This document shows, one piece after another, positions 50,330 to 64,000 of a stretch of DNA of 64,000 bases. This stretch comes from Utricularia gibba (taxonomy: Eukaryota; Plantae; Magnoliophyta): positions 1,736,001-1,800,000 of the forward strand of contig NEEC01000013.1 in the NCBI GenBank assembly GCA_002189035.1, in the 5' to 3' direction. The position numbers and the translations under genes are program-made. Each line of letters opens with the position of its first letter. Position 1 is the stretch's first letter. Below the pieces are notes generated by a model. That model saw only the letters and a list, made by a program, of their open reading frames with translations. It was not told where the DNA came from and ran no database searches.

Positions 50330-50700
50330 GGTCGCCTAAAATACACTACAGAAAGAGGGTGAAAGTGATGCCAAGAACCAGCACAGAGGCTGTTGCTTCT
50401 CGGATTTGGGAATTTATCCGACAGTTAACTCACAGAGGGTTTAACACCAAGTTGAGGTATAAGTGATACAGAGTGGAGTATCCGAATTTTCGACAATTTA
50501 GATAGAAAAAATGGCTTACCATAAGATCGAGATCAATGAGGCTTCCGGTGGATGTGCTGCGAGGAGCTTATCTCAGTTTAACAAGTTGCTTCCTATGGAT
50601 GAGCTACTTGGGAAGAATCATCAATTGGTGATTTCTTATCAGACTTCAAGAATGTCAAGTATAACAGGCTGGTGGTACTCACGCTTATACCAGTGGAAGG
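50330..50700 (+). mobile_element. Possible Ty3/gypsy integrase C-terminus / chromodomain relic
   Basis: Frame-broken fragments EAVASRI (cf. xVAYRL), GIYPT (cf. IHPxF), LDRK-M (cf. ILDRRM) and LP.DE-ATWE (cf. LPxEEATWE) occur in the expected order. Highly degenerate, with no LTR seen. Confidence 0.3.
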
Positions 50701-50787
50701 AAGCTCTGAGGATGGGGATTGCTCAACTAGCCCAAGAATCCAGCTGCTAAAGATGAATTAACAACATAACATGGAGATTTACGAGTT

Positions 50788-52893
50788 TCAGAAATTCTTC
50801 AGTATCTTTTGGCTCGAAACTCCGACGGCAACGAGGATTGAAGTCACCTCCTGCAAAAATAAGCATGTAGCGGATGTCAATCGCAAGTCTGGGGCAGCTA
50901 CATGTTCTACCATGCAGTGACTGCACCGGCAAGTATGCCAATGATGCTATGCATATGACACAGTTGAATGGCTCTGGACTTAAACCATTTTGAAGCAATC
51001 AAGAGATGGCCAATGGGAAAGTCGTGTGCCCCAAAGACATCTCATGCCCAATGAAGCAACAAAATAAACAAGTATCATGATTCAAGTGTAACAAGCCACT
51101 AAAAAATCATATCACCAACACTTATTTCAAGGAAATAAACGAACAGAGAAAAAAACCTCCTACTCTTTGGTGCAAGACAGGCATAAATATGCCACAAAAC
51201 CGGATTAGCCATGCATCCATGGCAACTCATGAACTATGCATGAAAAGTATTTTTTCACCGTCTTGTTCCTTAAGTTTTTAGTTCAACTGCTCTTTCAGTG
51301 AAATAGTGATACTATTCTCACTTCGCCCTGACAACTTCCACAATGAAATTAAAATCGAGCATGTTAAGTTCTCAAAGTCATTTGCTCGGGAAATCTCAGC
51401 TCCAGGCACAGTTAAACAAGGTCACATTTTTGTATGCTATACAAAAGTGTCTAATGTGGCGTTTGCTGATGTTCTTCTACTTTTAAAATTCAAGGAAGAA
51501 AGCACAGCGGGAAGAGTATCTTTTAAAGCTATCAAGAATGACTCCAATCATGAATATGAGTCACACCAGTTTAACAATAATAGGACTACCAACCTCAGCC
51601 ATTTGTTTCTGGCCACAGAGAACAGCACCAGTAGAAAGGGGATCAACAAGTCTTTTATCTCTAGAAAATGCAGCCTGCACAAAAAAAAAAAAGAGCCAAT
51701 AAAAAAACTGAATATGCATATGAAACCAAGAAGTGCCTCAACTACAAAATTACTTCTACCTGAACAAAACCTTTCTCCCCTAACCAGCTATTCTCGGGCT
51801 GGGAGAGAACTGGAATGATATCAAGACCAGTCGATCTCCAATCATTAAATTTCTCCTAGAAACCGTAGATTACAAAAATGCATCATTTAGAGGTTGCCGA
51901 ATCATTTGAAAAGAAGACACAAAAGGAAATCAACAAACAACACCTGATAGGCCATATAATTGAGATTTCTAGCACCATAATATAGTCTAACATCAGGCCG
52001 CTTATCGGCATCAAAGCCAGCCTCAATCAATGATCGAATGGGACTATCAAGGATGAAAGAGACTGTCAACAGAACAATTCAAATATAATCCAACTGCTTG
52101 AGAATTAATATATGAGAAAAGGATAAAGCTCAGGAGATCAAACTACCCTTGAAAAATGCTGATTGTTAAATGGCAGAAGAAGAAATGGGTGGTTTAAAGA
52201 TGTTAAATTTGAAACAATCAGGAATTGAAACCGCGATCATCCAGATGAATTCAAAAAAAAAAATTCTATAAGCTTCATAACTACCCCCAGCTAAAAAGAC
52301 TATCTGCAGAATGCATTCCAATTCAAAATTAGATTGGCATAGGCGTCAAGATACCTAATTCCAGATCCAGTTGCGAAAATTAATACCGTCTGATAACTAT
52401 GCGACGGGGAAATTTGGTCAATATCAAACCCCTTCCCCATGGCGGGGCTCAATTCGACCTCTTCACCTTTACTAAGACCACACAGAAGCTCAGCAGTGGA
52501 TCCAGGGACAGATTTCACTAAAAACTCAAATACACCACCCGACGCAGCGATCGACGGAGGCGAAGCGATAGCGAGAAACGTGGGCTTGATTGAGGGATCC
52601 TTGAGACGGAGCTGTAAATATTGACCGGCTCTGGTATAAGAAGCCGCCACATCTGGTGCCTCCGACACGTCGACGGTGATATGGAATAGGTGTTCGGCTG
52701 CGGGTGAGACTTTGACGAGCGGCGTTGGAGTCCAGACTGTAGTATCCTGGCGGACGGCGGCGGCAACGGAGTGGCGGCTGCGGCGTACTACTCGGGACAG
52801 GTGGCGGAGTGGCCGGAGTTTGGTGAGGGACATGGGGTGGCGGAGCCCAAATTGGGCATGGGAGTTCGGCAACTGAAGAACTACAACGGCCAT
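50788..52893 (-). CDS. Plastid FAD/NAD(P)-binding oxidoreductase (ferredoxin-NADP reductase-like, 'fruit protein pKIWI502' family)
   Basis: A transit peptide precedes AAVRQDTTVWTPTPL, GQYLQLRL, FLAIASPP, FEFLVKSVPGSTAELLC, LIFATGSGI|SPIRSLIE, VRLYYGARNL, GAVLCGQKQMAE and EVTSILVAVGVSSQKILKNF*. Confidence 0.92.
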
Positions 52894-53838
52894 TTCTTTG
52901 GCTCGCAAAATTGACGCCGAGCCGCGGTCGCCGGCTAGGTTTGCTCTAAAGTCCGCCGTAGCGAATCCACGTGTCGCACCATTATTTTTTCTATTATCCC
53001 TCAAATTCTTTTATTTTTTTAAAGCTGCATGTAATTGCCCTTGAGTTTTCTATAATTATCAATTTAATCCATTTTATATCGGAATTTTAAATTTGGAGGA
53101 ACAAAGGGGAGAAAATTGAATATAATTTGAAAAAGTGAGGGACTTTTATAATTTCAGGATTTGGAGGGACTGATCTGTGAATTTCCAATTACTTCACGGT
53201 GGTTCCTTTCCTTCCCAAGACTCCAAAGCCTCGAACTCCTCCGCCTTCGCGCGGCGTGTCTCTCTCGCTGTAGGCGCCGTCATATCCGCATCCTCTCACC
53301 CCCACCGTAACGTTCGCGCTGTGTCTATGTGTTGCTTGATATTTTGAAATTTTCCTCATCTGAAATTGTAGGGATTGCGCTTTGTCAGAAGTCCAAAACG
53401 CTTCACAAACAAGAAAGATAGCGGAGATATGGAAAAAAATACGTCGATTTGTGAGATGGGTTATCGTTCCTGTACACAATGAGTAGAATTATACTGCAAA
53501 GAGAGTGTATCCAGGAGAAAAGATTCATGAGAGAAGATTTCTTTTTCCATTTCTCTCTGGTTCGATTAGCTCATTTTCTTGTACTCAGTTCCAGATCATG
53601 TGTAATTTAATGAAAACCAAGGAAAAACTTCTTTCGTTGTTTTTAGATGATTGTGTAGTGCACTAGTAGCTGTTGAGATTCTTTGTAATTTGGGTTGCTT
53701 TTTGAGAGTTCATTGACTTCATGAAACTGAATTAAGGAAAAAAAAGGATCTTATGTTGAATTCTAGTTCTGCCCCTGTTTATCTTTCTCGGCTGGTGTGA
53801 GCGAGAGTGTAGCCCGGATTTTGTTGTGCTCATTGTTC

Positions 53839-57267
<3,429 letters not shown>

Positions 57268-57964
57268 AAACCAAGCTGTAAGAGGGCACTAAAATGCAGC
57301 AGGAGGGAGAATCAGTTCAAGGTACCCCCACCCACCCCAAATGTGATCTTGGGTTGTAATGCGGCATTTTTCCCTGGGAATTTGGTTTCTCGAGTTGCAA
57401 GGATCTCTGAATGTGTGTGAACAACCCATGGAGCTGCCTGTTGACATGCATTGAGTATGACCGCTTGAGCCTGGTGTGTGTCTATTTTCCCCACTAATGT
57501 TTTTTTTTTTTTCTGTCGTTTGGAGCGTAGCATGTGGTATAGAATTAGGACAGAGGAAGCGTGGGCATCTTTTTTTCAAAGGAAACTAAAAAAACCACTC
57601 AAGAATGAGCTTGAGAAAATGGATTGGGCTGGTGACACCGACGGGGAGGGGCCTGCGAGCAAAGCCCAGTTCTTTGTGCGCATTAAGACCCGGGATTTGG
57701 CCTGCTAGCGTGGCCCATGTAAGTTGGGCCCGGTGACACTACCATTAACTAGATATATGGGCTCAACAAATGATTCGCTATGGGGGTGGGCCAGTGGGAC
57801 CCACTCTTCTCTGATGATACCAGAGCTTGATGGGCTGGGTTTTAAATTGGGCTCATGCAAAATGCGATCATTGGTCCAATTGACAGTTATTCTCAAGAGA
57901 CGAATAAAACTGCTCTCTTCGTTGTCGCATTGTAATCACAACCGTGAAATCGAAGGACCTTCAG

Positions 57965-60290
57965 ATGGATGCTTCCGCACGACTTTTGGTGGAAGCTATT
58001 CATTCTAGTCCCACGCAGGCCGTGCTCTATCTCTCTGGAGGCGCATCGCAGGTGAACTTGGAAGCGTTGATGGGGGGCGTCTTATTATACGTTTTGTGGT
58101 ATCGCTCGAAATGAAGTTTTTTTTTTTTTTTATTGAAAATGGGCAGGCACTTGGATGGTTGCTATCGGTTCCTGGTGCTTCAAACACGCTGTTAGAAGCG
58201 GTGGTTCCGTATTCTAGAATGTCCATGATCCAATTGCTGAACAAGGTCCTGACTTCTTGTGTATCTTTTGTTGTTAAATTGGAAACCATTGTGGATGATT
58301 TCTTGCTTTGTCCCCTTTTTAATCTGTCGTCCAATTTCTAAGGTTCCAGCTCAATTCGCAAGCCGGCAAACAGCGGAGGACATGGCTTTATTGGCGTACA
58401 ACCGAGCTCTGCAGTTGTCTCACCCTGGTATGCATCAAATGTCGTGCTTCCACATTCTTGGAATTCCCCCTTTCTCTATGTTTCAGTAGGAATGTCATTC
58501 GTGTTGGCTATTGGAAGTTACATTTGGTCTTGTTTTGACTCAGGGTTCCCAGTTTTAGGTGTAGGCTTCACAGGTTCTATAGCCAGCGTTCGTCCTAAGG
58601 TTGGAGATCACAGGTATGCTTTTCTTATTGACATTTTCGAGATATCTGTAGTTCTCTGCGGTGTCATCAGATTATAATCTTTTTTTTTCTGAATTTGTGA
58701 TGAGTTCATTGCCTATGAAGTATTAATCATAGGCGCATCTCTTTCTATGATCCTCAGGTTTCATGTATCCACGAGAACATGTGACCGGTTATCGACAACT
58801 AGTGTTACTTTGTCAAAGGTTAACTGTCAGCCCACATAAGCTCATTTTCCAGATACATTTATGAAGTGTTTATTCTATTTGTTTCCCACTTTTTTTAGGG
58901 CCTGAGAACTCGTGAGCAGGAAGACAGAGTTTCTAGCCAGTTTTTACTCAATGTACAAACGTTGCTCTCTTTAGCTTAACTACTTGATGTATGAAGTTGT
59001 TGATAGGCAATCAATTTCTTTGTAATGCTGGAATCTCAGTTCTCTGTAGGGAGTAATTTTGATGAACTATTTGTAGGCAATCGCATGTGCCTGTAAGGTT
59101 CCCACAGCTTATACCTCCGAGCTTAGTGACTCAGAAGTTCCTGAGGAATATGAACAACACTTTGATGAAGACCAGCAACTGTTGCAGCTGATAAATTGTC
59201 AAATATGCTTTAAGATTTACCCCTTTTTAACAGGTATGGCATACACAGTGTGTAATCCAGAGTAAATTTCTGTAGGGTCTCTACCTTGTTAATACGTGAG
59301 TTGGGTGTTGTTCAGACATGTCTCCGGCAGAAAGGAAGATAATTCTTTCTGGATCTTTTAATCCTCTGCATGAGGGTCACCTAAAACTCTTGGATGTTGC
59401 CGCTGAGTAAATTTCAGTTGGACCGTAATCATATGATTCTGATTTTCATATTCATGGCGTCTTATATTCGAAACTCTTCTCTGCGCAGCATTCTTGGTGG
59501 AGGATATCCATGCTTTGAGCTGTCAGTTGTGAATGCAGATAAACCTCCATTAGCGGTGTCTCAAATCAAACAGCGCATTAGTCAGTTTGAAAACGTCGGT
59601 GAGCTTTACCATCTTTCAACTTTCGCATTGCAGTTAACTTTCTTGGGTGCGTTTATTTGTATCTTTAACGGTTGCTGCATTTTTCTGCCAAAACTTCTGA
59701 TGTCCATTTACTGCTAAGTGCAGGGAAGACGGTAATAATTTCCAACCAGCCATACTTCTACAAGAAAGCTGAACTGTTTCCAGGGAGTGCCTTCGTTGTT
59801 GGAGTAGACACCGCCGTAAGGTTAATCAATGTAAGGGAAAAAGTATAAGTGCCCGTGGTTAACGTTTACACTTTCAATTTATCTGAAATCATTACACTCT
59901 GTGGTTGTGGTCTCATGAACAATTTGTTCTATGCGTTGTTCTCCATGCTGCTTTTGCAAGAATCATTGACTAGATTTATATGAGCAGCCCAAGTACTACA
60001 ATGGCGACCGCGGTAGAATGCTGGAAGTTCTCTCTGCTTGCAAGGCCACAGGGTGTGTTTTTCTCGTTGGTGGCCGGAGCTTAGATGGTGATTTCAAGGT
60101 TTTGATTTCAAATTTCCATTGAGTTGCATATTCTTAGTTACATACATAAATCAACAACATTTTCTGGTAGGTTCTTGGTGACTTTGAGATCCCTGAGGAG
60201 TTGAGGGACATGTTCATTCCTATACCAGCAGACAAATTTCGAATGGACATTTCTTCCACAGAGATCAGGAAAAGCAAAGGAATTTCTTAA
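57965..60290 (+). CDS. CinA/PncC-like domain fused to an HxGH nucleotidyltransferase (NMNAT/NadD-like) domain
   Basis: N-terminal SGGASQ|ALGWLLSVPGASNTLLEAVVPYS, TAEDMALLAYNRAL and GVGFTGSIAS. C-terminal IILSGSFNPLHEGHLKLL, FELSVVNADKPPL, QPYFYKKAELFPGSAFVVGVDTAVRLIN and RMDISSTEIRK. Confidence 0.9.
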
Positions 60291-60427
60291 AGAAACAACC
60301 TTTTCGAACTTGTCCAAACATATGAGCTCTTGATGCAAAGGAATTCCATCCACTAATATAGACAGACAGTCCTGGTTTGGAAATCTGTCTCCAGCTTTAT
60401 GGGGTTTCAGTGTAATGTTTGCTAGAG

Positions 60428-61414
60428 TTACAATTTCTTCTTGTCCTTGAGGGGTCCCCTTGGGATTTTGGTAAGAAATTTAGAGTCAAGTGTATTGTAT
60501 AGTTTCCTCAGATCCTGGTTCCCTTTGCTTGCAAGATAATCCACGTCATTTTGGTATTGTTCGTAGACCACCGGCAGGATCATCGTACCAACAAAACCTT
60601 GACAAACCAGATGAGATGTTAGCCGATGACAGGAGAAATACTAAACAGACAAGGCTCTCTCCTCTTACAAATGTACAGCAGATTGAGGAAGCTGCAGTAT
60701 TTTCCGATTCCTGAGAGAATCCAGAGGAGGGCCAACGCCTGAATCCAAAAACACAGAAAGCTTAACCCAAAGAAAAATGTCCCAGGCTATGTAAAAGTAT
60801 CTGTAAGTCAAACCACGTACAATGAGGAAAGTTTTCAAGTCTTCCCCAGATGAAACTTTGTACACTTTGATCAGCCCCTGGTTGGTTTTATTGGACAGCC
60901 ACCGGAAAACAGAATCCGGTATCATCACAGCCCGTGGGTCTGGTAGATTCCTGTGATCAGAAGGGGTTGAGGTATATCGCAGTATCACCATGCTTTGTTC
61001 TTTCGTTTTGTTGGTAAAATCTGTGAAAATGTTAGTGGGGTACGACAAGGTTACCAGTTGATGATGTCTGCTCCAGTGGACCAGAGGAACAGGATCAGCA
61101 TCGAGGTGATGGAAATGTGGCAGGCGAGAGTCACAAAGTTGTAATCAAGGACTTCAAACAGGAACCATATGAGTGTGAATCCCATCAGTATGGCTGCTGA
61201 TGTGTTCTTGTTCCTCCACAGAAGTATATCAGCAACTGCAAAACATCATACATGACTTCTGTTCCATCAGCAGATTCCCTTTTATGAACCTGAGTTCTGA
61301 AGTTAGTTCCTTACCTGTCCCACCTCCGAGGGCTTGATGAAGAGGCTTTTCCCGGCCGAAGAGGTGCGCCGGAGGGAGATGGCTGCTGCCGGAATTTGAG
61401 GAAGAAGCCGACAT
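60428..61414 (-). CDS. Reticulon-like protein (RTNLB family)
   Basis: HLFGREKPLHQALGGG|VADILLWRNK, FLFEVLDYNFVTLACH, SSGEDLKTFLI|ALALLWILSGIG, and YNTLDSKFLTKIPRGPLKDKKKL* with a dilysine ER signal. Confidence 0.93.
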
Positions 61415-61839
61415 TTTTCAGGGTTCACAAATGATGAGAGACAAGAATTATCTTCAGAAATGAGGTGTCCATGATCAGTTGGTTATATAGCGAAGGCATT
61501 GCCTGAATTCAGAGGAAAGACCCCTCATGGAACAATGAAGAAAGGAATGGCTTGTGCATCAAAAATGAGATTGCTTCTTGCTGGAGATTTCAAATTTGGT
61601 ATCTTCCAACGAAGGAAACACCATCGAGCCTAATTCCATAAAAAGCTTCTCTATCAAAATTCAGATCCGCATCTACTCAGTCTGAGAAAGCAGCTCAACT
61701 TTCAAACCATGTTGCACATCGAACTCCTCAATGTCTAACTGCATTAAAACACCAGAACGCAGTTTTTTGTAGAAACTCTCAGGGAGGCAATATCGTACAA
61801 AAATACAGAAAGTATATTCGCTTTGGTCAAATTGTTACC

Positions 61840-63290
61840 TGTCCTTGTTTCAGGTTTCATCGTGTGGTTTCATTGCAAGGAAAAGCAAGACTTCCTGCAC
61901 CGAAAGAACACAAGAATAACACATGTCTTGAAACAAACGAAAAAAAAAAACATACTAAGTAAAAAGACAGGGTTCTCCACAATCATTGTGTCATAATGCA
62001 AATAGTTAAAATTTGAAAGAAGATATCATTCCATATTAAAGAAATTCACCTTGTCCCTCAATCTGGCTGTTGTCTGCGGAGGTGGGCATTTAATCTCAAA
62101 TCTTGAGCAATATTCTACAAGATGCTTGTTTTTTCTTCCCTGGTTAGGTCCCTGGGTATGTCAAGATTGGTCATCCTCTCTAATTCTCCTATCGTATCAA
62201 CCCGTCTGCAAGAGAAGAAGGAAGAAGTGAATGCCAGATAAAGGAAACCTGATGGGGCAGCTTTAGAATAGGAATGCATAATAGGCATAGTGTCAGCCAC
62301 AAAAACCTGAAAGGGGGGCGTGAAATCAATTTCACTAGGAACTTCACCCAACCCATTAGCATGGTATTTTATTTTATAGCCGCCTGTAATCTCCTTGACC
62401 ATCCTTTTTGATCGGTAATTTGCATGAGAAATATGAGATGAACAGCAAATAGAATTACGTAATCACCAACCGCTGAGCATTTCTTCAGTCATGGTATCAG
62501 CAAAAGCCATGCAGAACCGGGTATATCATCTTCATCATGGGAGTTTCAACCTTTTCGAGAAAGCAGTCAACAAAACACGCTGAAAAAATCCAAATAATGA
62601 ATAAAACACGTCAACAGCACAGCATTACCTCCAAGAAGTCACGTTTGTGAAGGAAATTCCAGATATATGAATGACTCTTGACCTGGTCCAAATAACTTTG
62701 TGAACCTCTGCATTTAGCATCAAATCCAAATAGCGCAGTCGGTAGAGAGTTTCCTAGCATAGCAATCTTTTCAGTACATAGGAATCAAATTTCTGACTGT
62801 TCTTGGAACCCACAAATCAGCCTCCAGCTGAATCATTACTATTATTATGGAATGAAATAAGGAAATGTGGGAAAAAAAAACTACCAATCTTGCTTCATTG
62901 CTCTCTGATCCCAGACCACTTTTCTCTCATGGCACCATGTGGAGACAGTGTGAGAGAGCGGTAAAAATCTTGGGAAAAATGCTGAGCTCGCCTCATTTAC
63001 TTTTTCCAATACATTGAAACAGGATACGTAATCACATACCTAAACCTCCATACCTACTCACATACTCCGGTATGCTCGATCCAGCCTCAAACTTATGAGG
63101 ATAAATATCATCTCCAGATTCCCTCTGAACAGCAAGTGCCCACACCCTATTTTCAAAGTATTGATGAGAGACAAATGAGAACATAGCCGAACGATGATAC
63201 CACCACACAATAGGTGGATCAAAGTCCCTCATCCTCAGCAGGCGCAGCCTTGGCTACCCAAGCACCTGGTTTTCCTGATGCCTGAAAAAT
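61840..63290 (-). pseudogene. Cytosolic lysyl-tRNA synthetase unprocessed pseudogene
   Basis: Fragments QYFENR...YPHKF, GELSIFP...LSHCLHM, ETLYRLRYLDLMLNAEV, VETPMMKMI, FCMAFAD, MVKEITGGYKIKYHANG...IDFTPPF, IKCPPPQTTARL and EVLLFLAMKP. It has stops and frameshifts, retains introns, and lacks large catalytic segments. Confidence 0.9.
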
Positions 63291-64000
63291 TCGCGCCATA
63301 CCAAAGAACATTACAACTCAAAAACCCATCCGCCACAACTTGCTCTCTTTACAACATGAACCGATCACAGAGATGACTTGTGTTCAATAAATGAACACAC
63401 TACCATTGAAGGAACCCGGCGCCAAGATAAGGTGGGATGGGACAGAAAACGACGAAGAAACGGTGAGAAGTGGACCAATGTTCGCTCCGGCCACGACACC
63501 ATGGCCCAAGAAATCAAACGTGTACATTCTTACCACATCATTTAGCCCAAGTCGAAGTAGAGGAAGGTGGGACTACTGTTCTATTTCGTAAACCCCTTGT
63601 TAACGATATCTCATATTAATTATAAATGTAACATGTAACGTGCTTTGATAAAATGATCTTATTAATCTTGCATGATACGTTTTTCTTGAAAAAGTAAAAC
63701 GTAAAAAATATTCAAAACAAACAATATCGTGTAAATAATGAATGAATACATCTAAAATTTAGAATATACTTTCAAATATAATATATATTTATTTAAATAT
63801 TAAAAATTACTATATATTATAGCATTAAAATTAAAAATATTGTTTAGTTATTTTATAAATTACTATATATTAGAGAATGTTATAAAATTTCCCTTAAGCA
63901 AGGGTGATCGCATCATTTTACATGAATCCTATATTGGTTTACGAAATAAAATAAAAAAAATGAAATAGAATAATCACGTAAATTTTGTGTAAAATTTTTT

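Noticed and set aside
51306-51818. 170-aa plus-strand ORF
   Set aside because: It is antisense to oxidoreductase exons and introns, with no motif and an alternative start codon.
63590-63905. Weak inverted repeat (ACCCTTGTTAA / TTAAGCAAGGGT) suggesting a MITE
   Set aside because: Only about 11 bp with an indel and no clear TSD.

Overview
Gene-dense eukaryotic (angiosperm) nuclear DNA with short GT-AG introns and AT-rich intergenic tracts. I can support 22 protein-coding genes and 3 pseudogenes. Coding genes, in order: IQD 3' part, RPB4, RHF2A-type RING E3, RZF1-type RING E3, AP-1 sigma, DUF547, a plastid SLOG/DprA-like protein, FtsZ1, IQD14-like, OZ/VAR3-type RanBP2 zinc finger, class I sHSP, TPS6, anthranilate synthase beta, ARC3, RING-CH E3, ribose-5-P isomerase, DELLA, PMEI, a plastid FAD/NAD(P) oxidoreductase, PAPS1, a CinA-like/nucleotidyltransferase protein and a reticulon. 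The pseudogenes derive from stearoyl-ACP desaturase, phytanoyl-CoA dioxygenase and Lys-tRNA synthetase. There are also two MITE-like elements and a few repeat or TE relics. I saw no rRNA, tRNA or CRISPR. Most notable: (1) a DELLA with DEFFA/IGQIE in place of DELLA/LEQLE; (2) a RING E3 whose coding linker holds two stops inside a 102-nt GT-AG interval, suggesting intronization; (3) a U12-type intron in RPB4; (4) FtsZ1 and ARC3 lying 13 kb apart; (5) deletion-eroded pseudogenes. Seven single-base (-1) frameshifts, most in short homopolymers, affect six otherwise intact genes and are most likely assembly errors. Family names and Arabidopsis comparisons come from recalled sequences, not from a database search. 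Gene spans include introns.
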